This document shows positions 9,852-18,900 of a DNA stretch of 64,000 nt, one piece after another. The notes under the pieces are model-generated. The model did not search any database. It saw only the letters and a program-made list of their open reading frames with translations, and was not told the DNA's origin. Positions within the stretch are counted from its first letter, which is position 1; every line of letters begins with the position of its first letter. Both the position numbers and the translations under genes were made by a program. This stretch comes from Cyanobacteria bacterium P01_A01_bin.123 (GTDB lineage Bacteria; Cyanobacteriota; Cyanobacteriia; Phormidesmidales; Phormidesmidaceae). Location: NCBI GenBank assembly GCA_039815185.1, contig JBCBZT010000005.1, positions 160,001 through 224,000 of the forward strand, written 5' to 3'.

Positions 9852-9880
9852 GCCCAGTCGCCTCGGCGGCTGGGCTTTTT
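9852..9880 (+). terminator. Intrinsic terminator between convergent genes
   Basis: GCCCAGTCGCC/GGCGGCTGGGC hairpin + T run. Confidence 0.75.
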
Positions 9881-10700
9881 ACAGGTCTAGGTAATCACCA
9901 GCGCTTTCATCGGGGTTGCTGTGCAGATACTTGTCTGTAGTCTGGATTGAGGCGTGGCCCAGGGTATCGCGCACCACACTGATGGGGGCACCCGCGTCAA
10001 GGGCGTGACTCGCCAGAGAGTGCCTCAGCCAGTGCATTGAAGCGTCAGGTACCCCAGCTTTTACTGCTGCCGCTTTCATTACATCATGGGCCTGTCTGCG
10101 GGCTAAGCCAAACACCAGGTCATCATCGAGCGCTTCACCTCGCAGGGATTCAAACTGGTACCACACCAGTTTGGGTAGACGCACCGATCGCCACTTTTCC
10201 CGTTTGCCCAGCAGCCTTACCACCGCAGAGCCATCGGGTTTGGGAGTAATGTCCTTCCAAAGCAACTGACAAGCCTCTGACGCGCGGCATCCGGTGGCGT
10301 AGACAAAGCTTAGTAGCGCCTGATCTCGTCCTGGTTCAGCCGCAACAACAATCGCCTTCACCTGCTTAGGAGTCAAAATGCGCTCTTGAAAACTCTCATG
10401 AACCTTAGGCGAACGCAAGGCCACGGCGGGGTTACGAGGTATGAATTCCTGCTCATGCGCAAACTTCAACAGCGACCTGAGAGCCGACAACTTGCGGTTA
10501 ACTGTGCGTGGCTTATAATGTCGCACTTCGATTAGGTGCGACTGGTAGCGCTGCAAGTCCTCCAGGACAATGCTTTCAAGAATCGGATTACCCAAAAATT
10601 CAAGGCCAAGTGTCGCATCTCTGAGGTATGTCTCTTGAGTTGACCTGGGGCGGCCATATAACCACTGCTCAAGGATTTCGTTGGTTGATGGCGCTGGCAT
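9879..10700 (-). CDS. XerC/D-like tyrosine recombinase
   Basis: SAM-like N-domain, YATGCRASE, GKREK, HWLRH, LGHASIQTTDKY. Confidence 0.95.
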   Translation of the reverse strand: MPAPSTNEILEQWLYGRPRSTQETYLRDATLGLEFLGNPILESIVLEDLQRYQSHLIEVRHYKPRTVNRKLSALRSLLKFAHEQEFIPRNPAVALRSPKVHESFQERILTPKQVKAIVVAAEPGRDQALLSFVYATGCRASEACQLLWKDITPKPDGSAVVRLLGKREKWRSVRLPKLVWYQFESLRGEALDDDLVFGLARRQAHDVMKAAAVKAGVPDASMHWLRHSLASHALDAGAPISVVRDTLGHASIQTTDKYLHSNPDESAGDYLDL

Positions 10701-10786
10701 GTCTCAGACCCAGAATTAATATTCTGAGGGAATATTCCCAGCGCCCAAAAAACTGCCTTTGCCCTGACTTCACACCCGTGTGATAT

Positions 10787-10823
10787 TTCAGTGAAATCAC
10801 TTGTGCTCAGCGATTTTACTGAA
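10787..10823. promoter_or_regulatory. 15-7-15 imperfect inverted repeat; candidate recombinase core site/operator
   Basis: TTCAGTGAAATCACT-tgtgctc-AGCGATTTTACTGAA upstream of the recombinase. Confidence 0.45.
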
Positions 10824-10893
10824 CTGCTATGATTCACCAAACAGCAATATAGATGTATTGGCCGGGGTGGGTGATAGACACAGAGGTATCCCC

Positions 10894-11682
10894 GTGCCCA
10901 AGCCAAAAACAGTTGAGAGCGCCTTTTCAAAACAACGGCGTGGACTTCAAGAAAAGTCGCGTCTTACCCCATTTCAGAGACATAAACAAAACCCGACGCC
11001 AGCGCTCCGCAATGCTTTGGTCGAAGCAAACCAAGGGCTTGCACAAAAGGAGGCGAGACGCTGGGCGCATCAATGCCCTGAACCGTTTGAGGATTTATGT
11101 CAGGTCGGCATGATTGGACTGATTCGAGCGATCGACAAGTTCGACCCTGATAGCGGCAATGCCTTCAGCAGCTTTGCAGTACCCTGGATTCGTGGAGCTA
11201 TCCAACACTACCTAAGACGGCGAGGATGGGGGGATGTACGCCCGCCAGTTAGGGCCCTAGAAGAATACGCCAGAGTCCAAGGGGCTCGGCGTTTTTTGAT
11301 TGAGAAGGGGCACCCCAAGGGGCAAGACCTAGCGGCTGATGAAGTCGCCAAAGGATTGGGCATCCCAAAGCGGCGCTGGGAGTTCATTAAGCAAGCTCGG
11401 GAAGCACCCACGCCCATTAGTTTGGACGAGCCTGATTCGTCAATCGAGATCGAGGACTGTTCAGAAACGCTGGAAGACCTGAGCTGGGTCTACGGCTACC
11501 TAGACGAGCTACCCAAAGCGACCCGCGATTGCATTGTTGCAGCAGTCTTTAGCGATTTCGGTCACGAGGAGATCGCTAAGCGGCGTGGGATAGATCCTAC
11601 TGTCGTGGCCGGGTTGATTTCGACAGGACTGGCGGCAATGCGGGCAAAGATTGAAGCGGAGGGACGCTATGCAGACGATTGA
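10894..11682 (+). CDS. Sigma-70 family (SigF/SigB-like) sigma factor
   Basis: RNALVEAN.GL, EDLCQVGMIGLIRAIDKFDP..FSSFAVPWIRGAI, region 4 HTH; GTG start after GAGGT. Confidence 0.9.
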   Translation: MPKPKTVESAFSKQRRGLQEKSRLTPFQRHKQNPTPALRNALVEANQGLAQKEARRWAHQCPEPFEDLCQVGMIGLIRAIDKFDPDSGNAFSSFAVPWIRGAIQHYLRRRGWGDVRPPVRALEEYARVQGARRFLIEKGHPKGQDLAADEVAKGLGIPKRRWEFIKQAREAPTPISLDEPDSSIEIEDCSETLEDLSWVYGYLDELPKATRDCIVAAVFSDFGHEEIAKRRGIDPTVVAGLISTGLAAMRAKIEAEGRYADD

Positions 11683-12367
11683 TGTGGTGCCAGTGAACCA
11701 GCTCGGGCAGCTTGAGACTGAGATTGACAATGGTCTGGCCCTGATTCGTGAAGGTGGAGCCAGGATTCAGCGGGCGATTTTTGAGATTAAGGAGCGGCGG
11801 CTATGGGCTGAGGTAAGGGATGCCTTTGAGCAGCCAATTTATCAGTCATTCACCCACTATTGCGAGGTTCGCTGGGGCATGTCTCAAACCAGTGCCTATG
11901 AGCACGCGCTGTCTGGGAAGATTGCCAATGAACTACTAGAGGCCGGGGTGGACGAAGATGGCCTACCCAGCAGCAATAGCCACTACCAGGCGCTAGATGA
12001 GGTAGAGCCAGGGCAGCGTGCTGACGTATTGCAGCAGGCTCGGGAGCAATCAGATGGACAGCCCACTGCCGAGGACATTCGTAAGGCTGCAGCACTGGAG
12101 GTTGGGAAGTCATACAAGGTTATCGACCCCTCCCATCACCGCTTTGGTGATGTGGTGACGATAGCTGAAGCTAAGCATGGGGTGGGGGTGAGTGAGGATG
12201 ATTGCCTCTTCTACCCCACACAAGTAGAGCCAACTGAACCGCTCCCACCCAAGCCGACTAAGCCCAGCATTAGAGATAAGGCCCAACAGTATCGTGAGTT
12301 GCTGAGCCGATGCTTAGAGTACTTGCCCTCAGAGCTGCGATCCGAGATTGAAGCAGCGCTTTCCTAG
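11669..12367 (+). CDS. Hypothetical phage protein
   Basis: Overlaps sigma stop; YQSFTHYCEVRWG motif. Confidence 0.7.
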   Translation: MQTIDVVPVNQLGQLETEIDNGLALIREGGARIQRAIFEIKERRLWAEVRDAFEQPIYQSFTHYCEVRWGMSQTSAYEHALSGKIANELLEAGVDEDGLPSSNSHYQALDEVEPGQRADVLQQAREQSDGQPTAEDIRKAAALEVGKSYKVIDPSHHRFGDVVTIAEAKHGVGVSEDDCLFYPTQVEPTEPLPPKPTKPSIRDKAQQYRELLSRCLEYLPSELRSEIEAALS

Positions 12368-12915
12368 CCGTCGTGGTCGCCGTCGTGGCCCATAGCCTTA
12401 AAGAAGGTAGCCGCATCTTGCTTGTGGACATAGTTCCTGGCGACTTTACCTTGAAAGTCTGCGAGGTCTCGCTGATGCCCGTGGAATAGTTCTTGGGTTT
12501 GATTGAGGGCATACGCTAGGTTTTCAAACCTTTGCCCCAGGGTGGCTTGAGCAGCTCGGATCTCATCGAGCAACTCAATCTTGCTCTCAATTTTGGGCAA
12601 GACTGCCAGAGCCTGCTTGAGCGCCTGAACATCAGTATCGAGCTGGCCCACCTTGGATTCCATTCGGGTGATGGTGGCTGCTTCTACGGCCTGGGAAGCC
12701 GATTGACGCTCCAATGAGTCAAGGCGTCGATCTGTATCTTTACGGCTTTGATCCAGGCGACTAATTTCACGACCTAGCAACCACTTTCCTGCCGCGAACA
12801 GCACGCCAAATCCGCCCAGCAACACTGCCTCAAGCGGGATTGTGATGCCAGCACCATCAGTGGCCTGGGCGATCACTGAGTAGGGTTGAAGGGTTTGGGC
12901 GGTGTGATGTTGCAC
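12364..12915 (-). CDS. Membrane-anchored coiled-coil protein (possible lysis accessory)
   Basis: N-terminal TM plus coiled coil; preceded by the TAGGAACCCTC motif at 12941-12951. Confidence 0.55.
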   Translation of the reverse strand: MQHHTAQTLQPYSVIAQATDGAGITIPLEAVLLGGFGVLFAAGKWLLGREISRLDQSRKDTDRRLDSLERQSASQAVEAATITRMESKVGQLDTDVQALKQALAVLPKIESKIELLDEIRAAQATLGQRFENLAYALNQTQELFHGHQRDLADFQGKVARNYVHKQDAATFFKAMGHDGDHDG

Positions 12916-12948
12916 GGCGCAGCAGGTGTGGTGTCGCTACGAGGGTTC

Positions 12949-14598
12949 CTATCTTCTGCCAATCTGTTTCCCTGTCTCTGGATCAATGCGGAGTTCTTCG
13001 CAATCGCGGTTTGGATCTAGAGTAATGTAATCAGGCAAGGCAGTACGGCAGAGCTTTGCTTGAGTGAGTTGGGATTGGGTTAAGTTCTGCACCTCTTCTA
13101 GATGGGCTTCCCAAAGGTTTGCCCCTTCTAGATGGGTGTTCATAAGTTTTGCCCCATCTAGATGGGCATTCCTAAGTTTTGCCCCATCTAGATGGGCGCC
13201 CCTAAGGTCTGCCCCATCTAGATGGGCATACCCAAGGTTTGCTCCTTCTAGATGGGCTCTCCCAAGGTCTGCCCCTTCTAGATGGGCGCCCCCAAGGTCT
13301 GCCCCTTCTAGATGGGCGTCAAAAAGGTCTGCCCCTTCTAGATGGGCATGCCCAAGGTTTGCCCCTTCTAGATGGGCATTCCTAAGGTTTGCCCCTTCTA
13401 GATGGGCGTCAAAAAGGTCTGCCCCATCTAGATGGGCATTCCTAAGGTTTGCCCTTTCTAGATGGGCATTCCTAAGGTTTGCCCCTTCTAGATGGGCTCT
13501 CCCAAGGTTTGCCCCTTCTAGATGGGCTCTCCCAAGGGTTGCCCTTTCTAGATGAGCTTCCTCAAGGTCTGCCTCTTCTAGATGGGCTTCCCAAAGGTTT
13601 GCCCATTCTAGATGGGCTTCCCAAAGGTTTGCCCCTTCTAGATGGGTGTTCATAAGTTTTGCCCATTCTAGATGGGCACCCCCAAGGGCTGCCCCTTCTA
13701 GATGGGCTCTCCCAAGGGTTGCCCCATCTAGATGGGCTTCCTCAAGGTCTGCCTCTTCTAGATGGGCTTCCCAAAGGTTTGCCCCTTCTAGATGGGCTCT
13801 CCCAAGGGTTGCCCTTTCTAGATGGGCTCCCCAAAGGATTGCCCCATCTAGATGGGCTCCCCAAAGGGTTGCCCCTTCTAGATGGGCTTCCTCAAGATGT
13901 GCCCCTTGCAGATTTGTTCCAGCTAGGTTTATTCGTTGTTGGTCATCTTTAATGTTGCGACGCCCGATGACAGTTAGCGCACTCTGAATGGCTTGGCTTG
14001 GCTTTCTCTCTGCCTTCTCACCTGCACCCTGTGACTGCTGAGCTATGAAACTGCTCACGAATGAACCGTGCTGCACATCCTCGGGTTTCCCAGCTCTATC
14101 TCGAACAAAAGCAGTCAGAACCTCCATGACGACCGGGTGATCCTCTTTTGAGTCCCTCGCGATCCGCTCAAGCGAGTAGATGCCACCCAGCCTCATCTCC
14201 AGCTTTTCATCGGCCAGCATCTCTACGGCTCTGCTGAAGCGATCTGTCACGTTCTTGTCTTCTGCAAGCTGAGAGTTGCGCCAAGCCAAATAGGCTGTGG
14301 CAATGAAACCTAGGCCCGCAACCGTTTGAACAACCGTTAAGACATTCCCCCGGTTGCTGTTGATCACATCAGCTCGCCTTTTTTCAGCCTCACTAACAAC
14401 AGGAGGGACATTCCTTTGCGGAAGTTGTGTCAATAGAAACCATCCAAGGAGAGGTATAAGCACTATCCCAGCTACACCACCAATCCACGGAGCAGCAGGC
14501 TTGAGTCGCTCGGCTAGGATTTTTGCTCTATCAGTGAGTGGTTTAGCTCCGCTGAAAAGCTGCCTTATCCGAAATCCCTTGTTCTGCTGCTTTGCCAT
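12949..14598 (-). CDS. Pentapeptide repeat membrane protein
   Basis: Two TMs, DRFSRAVEML..RLGGIYSLERIA domain, long AHLEG/ANLxx repeats. Confidence 0.95.
   Translation of the reverse strand: MAKQQNKGFRIRQLFSGAKPLTDRAKILAERLKPAAPWIGGVAGIVLIPLLGWFLLTQLPQRNVPPVVSEAEKRRADVINSNRGNVLTVVQTVAGLGFIATAYLAWRNSQLAEDKNVTDRFSRAVEMLADEKLEMRLGGIYSLERIARDSKEDHPVVMEVLTAFVRDRAGKPEDVQHGSFVSSFIAQQSQGAGEKAERKPSQAIQSALTVIGRRNIKDDQQRINLAGTNLQGAHLEEAHLEGATLWGAHLDGAILWGAHLERATLGRAHLEGANLWEAHLEEADLEEAHLDGATLGRAHLEGAALGGAHLEWAKLMNTHLEGANLWEAHLEWANLWEAHLEEADLEEAHLERATLGRAHLEGANLGRAHLEGANLRNAHLERANLRNAHLDGADLFDAHLEGANLRNAHLEGANLGHAHLEGADLFDAHLEGADLGGAHLEGADLGRAHLEGANLGYAHLDGADLRGAHLDGAKLRNAHLDGAKLMNTHLEGANLWEAHLEEVQNLTQSQLTQAKLCRTALPDYITLDPNRDCEELRIDPETGKQIGRR
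13095..13900 (-). repeat. 30-bp-period coding tandem repeat
   Basis: TCTAGATGGGC recurs every 30 nt. Confidence 0.9.
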
Positions 14599-14779
14599 AT
14601 GTCACTAAGCCACTGCATCAACGCTGGATTAGCCCTCAGTTAGGTTGTGTTACGGGCTTAATTTCCGTGCTGATTCATGTTACTCCCTGAGAACTCTAAC
14701 CGCAGTGCTCAGGGGTGCTTCATCTCTCCAGTGGTCAAAAAGTTTCTGATCGGCGTTGCGATCGGCTTCAGCTTCATCA

Positions 14780-14923
14780 AATCTGGCTACCATCTGGTCA
14801 TACATCTGGTCAGCATCTGGCCACCATCTCGCCAGATCTGGCCATCTCGCCAGATGTAACCCCGCCAGATGGCCAGATGCCTTGCCCTAATTAGAACGAG
14901 ATGGGTTAGATGGTGGCCAGATG
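14780..14923. repeat. Array of ~13-14 CATCT(G/C)G heptamers, orientation flipping at centre; candidate clt-like site
   Basis: CATCTGG at 14791, 14803, 14814; CATCTCG at 14825, 14843; CCAGATCTGG palindrome at 14832; CCAGATG at 14850, 14865, 14873, 14917; CGAGATG at 14897. Confidence 0.85.
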
Positions 14924-14926
14924 GCC

Positions 14927-16336
14927 TCAGGAAACATCCCCCAGAGAGTACCGAGGGGTGTCTTTGTCTCCGTCATCTCGTATCCGGCCAGAGCTGGTCA
15001 TTCCGTTCAGGACGAGCTTGATCAAGTCCAAGGACTGCGCCTTCAACGTAGAACGCTTTTGACGAATCTCTGACGCCAGCAGTGGAGCATCGGCACTCGC
15101 TAACACGTCAAGGATCTCCGCTTCTATCTCTGCCAGCGATGCACCATTCGGTTTAGTAGTCTTCAGTGAAGCGTCACTAACATCAGACATAGACTCGCCT
15201 GCATCACCTGTGCCCAACAGCTTGGGTGGTGCAGGCAGGCTCTCAATCTTCAGTCCGTCTAACTCCGACTGTGATAGGTAGGGCGACGGGAAGATAACCG
15301 GGTCACCGATAAGGTTGGACATCATCAAGGGATGTCGATCGCCTTGCAGCTTGCCGAGCGCTATTTTGTACTCTGCATCGATCCTGTCTTTGTATCTGCG
15401 GTTCACAATGCTGCCGTTGTCTACTGCGGCATCAATAGCCTCAAAACCGCCAAGCTGGGAACCTAGGATGAGATAACGGAAATTGCGGCGGACACCTCCA
15501 GAGATGCCAAGGTCGTCAACGTTAGGACTTTGGCTAACCAAGACCAGCTGACAACCAGCGCCCCGGCCAACAGCGGCGAAGACGGTAATCAACGACTTGA
15601 ATTCCTCGGCCAAGGGTTTGAGTACAGACACCGATTTGAGTGTGGTGTATTGGGCCAGCCATTCTTCCACCACCACAATGACTTGCGGCCCGGTGCCCCC
15701 AGTATCCACCCTGGTTTGGGCCAGCTCCAAAACGCGACCAAGAATCCCCACCATGCGCTGAGCGCTTTCGACGGTGGGACGAAAGGGCAACCGGATCACG
15801 TTTTGAGTCGGTACACCCGGCCATGCCGCCCCCTTGGGTTCAAAGGCAATCAGCACCGTTTCTTTTTGGCTAGCCAACTTCGATAGAAGGTAGGTGAGCA
15901 TTGAGCTTTTGCCCGTGTCCGTGGGGCTCAGAACGCCCAAATGAGTACGCCAGGACGACGCGGCCCGGTTCAGGTATTCATCAGGGTCAATGTCGGCAAC
16001 TTGGGTAACGGTAGCCACCAATGCATCAGGCTTCATTTGCTCATAGAGTCGCTGCTGACGACTGGCGGCGCTAATGTCGGCATGGTCTAAGAGAATGCGG
16101 GCAGTATCCACTGCGTTCTCATGGGCCAATCTACCCAGCAACGCCACCATGAACCCAGCCCCAATTAGCCCAGTACTTATCCAATGGCGACGACCCTTCC
16201 CATACTCGTCATTCAGGAAGGTTGCCAAGGCCAATGCAACAGCTAGCCCGGTGGCCAGCCACACTAAAGCGCCCATCCTAAAGCGCTGGTGCAGATGGTT
16301 TTGGAATTCGCTGGGGTGTAACTGCTGCAAACTCAT
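14927..16336 (-). CDS. Membrane-anchored FtsK/HerA-superfamily ATPase with C-terminal winged helix (TraB-like)
   Basis: 2 TMs, Walker A SPTDTGKS, Walker B VIVVVEE, GRGAG..LVSQ, C-terminal EILDVL..SEIR..wHTH; likely true start MSLQQ at 16336. Confidence 0.75.
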   Translation of the reverse strand: MSLQQLHPSEFQNHLHQRFRMGALVWLATGLAVALALATFLNDEYGKGRRHWISTGLIGAGFMVALLGRLAHENAVDTARILLDHADISAASRQQRLYEQMKPDALVATVTQVADIDPDEYLNRAASSWRTHLGVLSPTDTGKSSMLTYLLSKLASQKETVLIAFEPKGAAWPGVPTQNVIRLPFRPTVESAQRMVGILGRVLELAQTRVDTGGTGPQVIVVVEEWLAQYTTLKSVSVLKPLAEEFKSLITVFAAVGRGAGCQLVLVSQSPNVDDLGISGGVRRNFRYLILGSQLGGFEAIDAAVDNGSIVNRRYKDRIDAEYKIALGKLQGDRHPLMMSNLIGDPVIFPSPYLSQSELDGLKIESLPAPPKLLGTGDAGESMSDVSDASLKTTKPNGASLAEIEAEILDVLASADAPLLASEIRQKRSTLKAQSLDLIKLVLNGMTSSGRIRDDGDKDTPRYSLGDVS

Positions 16337-16765
16337 AGCGGCCACCATTCGTTGAACCAGAAAAACTGAGTTGCTAAGCAAACCCCCGCGTTGATTTGGC
16401 AGAACCGAAACAAGCAGTCCACCCGCATGTCGGGCACTTGCATGAACACAGACACCAGTGGGAATCCAGACATCAACGCCAGCAGCCCCCATCCGAATAC
16501 CCAGGGCGGCATAACTTTGGGTCAGGAAACCAAGAGCAATCGCTAAGCGAATTAGTACGGCAACGCCCAAAACCCACTGCACAGCATCCAGCAAGATTCC
16601 TCGTGATGGGATAGCGATAAAATTGCTAAACCTTTGCAGTGACTCAGTTTTGACCCGTAGGCGGTTGGTGTCCAGTGCGATCTGCTGGACTCTGGTTTCA
16701 CCTAGCAACCCAGTGGTTTGCACCTGAACTTTAGGTGCGTCAGTCGGTTGTGTTTTAGTGGCCAT
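16333..16765 (-). pseudogene. Multi-TM protein with a 1-nt frameshift near 16520 that fuses it to the ATPase in the ORF track
   Basis: Alternate frame KVMPPWVFGWGLLALMSGFPLVSVF..WWPL* ends in ATGA overlap with the ATPase start. Confidence 0.55.
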
Positions 16766-17051
16766 AGTTCTGTACCTCCACGGTGGGGTTCATTGCTTCA
16801 AAGACCATCGCTACAGCCGTGATTGGAAGTGCTAAGCCGATCGCCAGCAGAAACCAAACGATGGCCACCTTGAGCGGGTCATACTCAACCGCTTTGTAAT
16901 GGGCGACAGGTGGCTGCTGGGATTGGGGGTAAACGACTGACAGTGATCGCCCATGCTTGTCGCAGTAGGTCATCGCCAATGGCGGCTGCTGAGCTGGCGA
17001 CGGTAGCTCAATATCGATAGGGATGCGCTCAATCGCGCTGTGATCGGGCAT
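16755..17051 (-). CDS. Small membrane protein
   Basis: TM VAIVWFLLAIGLALPITAVAMVF; overlaps next gene. Confidence 0.65.
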   Translation of the reverse strand: MPDHSAIERIPIDIELPSPAQQPPLAMTYCDKHGRSLSVVYPQSQQPPVAHYKAVEYDPLKVAIVWFLLAIGLALPITAVAMVFEAMNPTVEVQNYGH

Positions 17052-17243
17052 GGTGGGAAATCCTTATGGCAACTGGATTGGGGCTAGTTGAAGCTGAGGC
17101 CACCACAAGCGATGACTAAACAGAAACAGAAGACAAGTGCCGCAGCTATGGGCATGGCTAAAAGGCATACAGCGCCCCAGCCCAGAGTGGTTCTGGGGCT
17201 TGGGGTGGCTGTAGCAGTAGGTGGATTAGTCGTCGTAGCATCG

Positions 17244-17663
17244 TCAGTCTCTGTTCGGCAGCAAGTTCAGACTGGGCGCTGACGGCAATGGCTTTTTTGC
17301 CTCCGCGATAATCGCCTCCAGATCAGACCAGTCGGGATTCTCGAAGCCTTGAAAATGATCGGCGACGCACAGGCGATTTAGCTCTGAGGCAAAGCTCTCT
17401 TGCAGGGTTTTGCCGCTTGCAACGGCATGAGCCTCGTGCGCCAATGCAACGCCCGCATCTTGGGCAAACTTTTGAGCGCCACTAATCTGAAGAGCCAATG
17501 TACTGGCCTGATTGGTGACCACGTTCGCAATACTCGCAGCTTCACCGCTGGAGTTGGGCCTATGTGAGGACGACTGGGTACAGTCGGTACTGCTGGGTCG
17601 TTGGGGCTTCGGTTTCAGGTCTTGGAATGCTGCTTTCTCTTTATCGGTTAAAGGCATCGTCAT
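17244..17663 (-). CDS. Hypothetical protein
   Basis: ORF in the ATPase operon. Confidence 0.6.
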   Translation of the reverse strand: MTMPLTDKEKAAFQDLKPKPQRPSSTDCTQSSSHRPNSSGEAASIANVVTNQASTLALQISGAQKFAQDAGVALAHEAHAVASGKTLQESFASELNRLCVADHFQGFENPDWSDLEAIIAEAKKPLPSAPSLNLLPNRD

Positions 17664-17922
17664 TCTCCGAAAGGTATAGAAATAGGGATACTCGGGCTTT
17701 TGTCATGTCTCGCTCTTGCTGAAGCTGCCTGCCAATCCAATGCATTTTGAACAGATCTTTAGCGGTGTAGCACCAACGCCCCTGGTCATAAACCAACGCA
17801 ACACCTATAAGCTTTCGCCAGCGCTGCAGTGTGGACTTGGTTAACCGCCGTCCAAGGGACTGCTCCAGCTCTTTTTTGACTTGGTCGGCAGGCGTTAGAT
17901 ACTCAACAAGTTGGGTACTCAT
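17641..17922 (-). CDS. MerR/Xis-like HTH protein
   Basis: LTKSTLQRWRK..RWCYTAKDL; TGGGTACTCATG repeats at its start. Confidence 0.6.
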   Translation of the reverse strand: MSTQLVEYLTPADQVKKELEQSLGRRLTKSTLQRWRKLIGVALVYDQGRWCYTAKDLFKMHWIGRQLQQERDMTKARVSLFLYLSENDDAFNR

Positions 17923-18035
17923 GACGCCCCCCTTGGGTACTCATGGGTACCCTTATAGCACAAAATTAATGCTGATAAGCATAGAATAAGTGCTAATTAC
18001 TCGCTAATATCACTGAGAAGCACAAAGAAGCTAAT

Positions 18036-18239
18036 ATGAGCCCAAAATCAGCAGCCCAAAATAGAATGAGCAAGCGCACGACAATCACGCTCCCAGACAG
18101 CGTTTATGATGATCTAGAGCAATGGGCCGCAAATGAGGGTAGGCCAACTGCTAACTTGGCGGCTTACTTGGTTGAGAATTGCGTCAAGCAGCATTTCCCA
18201 AGCAAGTACAAGTATCAGCAGCCACAGTCAGGCAAGTGA
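18036..18239 (+). CDS. CopG-like ribbon-helix-helix protein
   Basis: RTTITLPDSVYDDLEQWAANEGRPTANLAAYLVE. Confidence 0.85.
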   Translation: MSPKSAAQNRMSKRTTITLPDSVYDDLEQWAANEGRPTANLAAYLVENCVKQHFPSKYKYQQPQSGK

Positions 18240-18250
18240 GAGGTTGACCA

Positions 18251-18787
18251 ATGACTGATGACGAATTGAGAGCCCTGGTGGCCAGCAACGCACAGGCGAT
18301 CTCAGAAACGAGGGCTATCACGGACTCAAACGCAAGGGCAATCGCAGCGAATGCCAGCGCGATCGCTGAGCTACGGGTAACCACTGCCCAACAAGGTGAG
18401 CAGATGCTGGAGGGCGTCTCTGAAGTGGTGGCAATGGTTGGTGAGCTGGCCGCACAGCAAGAGGCTCGACAGGCTGAGTCAGACCAGCGCTTCAACAACC
18501 TGCTAGCCGATGCTCGGGCTGATAGGCAGCGGGCAGATCAGAATCATGCCGAGGCAATGCAGCGATTTGACCATCTGCGAGCAGATGCGCAGGCAGATAG
18601 AGAACGGGCGGATCAGAACCATGCTGAAGCGATGCAGCGCATTGATCAGGCATTGGCCGACGCTCGTGCTGATAGGGAGCGGGGAGACCGCGATCGCGCC
18701 ATCAATGAGATGGAGCACCGAGCCTTCAGAGAGACCTTTCAAACCCTGCTCGCAGAAGTGTCCCGTATTTGGCAGCGACTAGCTTGA
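18251..18787 (+). CDS. Coiled-coil hypothetical protein with internal repeats
   Basis: ELRALVASNAQAI; ADRxRADQNHAEAMQR repeated. Confidence 0.75.
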   Translation: MTDDELRALVASNAQAISETRAITDSNARAIAANASAIAELRVTTAQQGEQMLEGVSEVVAMVGELAAQQEARQAESDQRFNNLLADARADRQRADQNHAEAMQRFDHLRADAQADRERADQNHAEAMQRIDQALADARADRERGDRDRAINEMEHRAFRETFQTLLAEVSRIWQRLA

Positions 18788-18900
18788 TGAGAAGAGCCAA
18801 TCCCACAGGATCACCTCAACCGCCCTGCCTTCCAGTCGTGCCACAGCGCCCAACCAATAACCGCCACGAATACCAGAGCAGCCAGGTCTGAGCGCACGTC

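Noticed and set aside
13064..13987. Repetitive + strand ORFs and CRISPR-like periodicity
   Set aside because: Antisense of the pentapeptide gene; the units have no unique spacers and no cas genes are present
14927..16765. Single 612-aa protein
   Set aside because: The middle segment reads as out-of-frame; the alternate frame gives a TM protein with an ATGA overlap at 16333-16336
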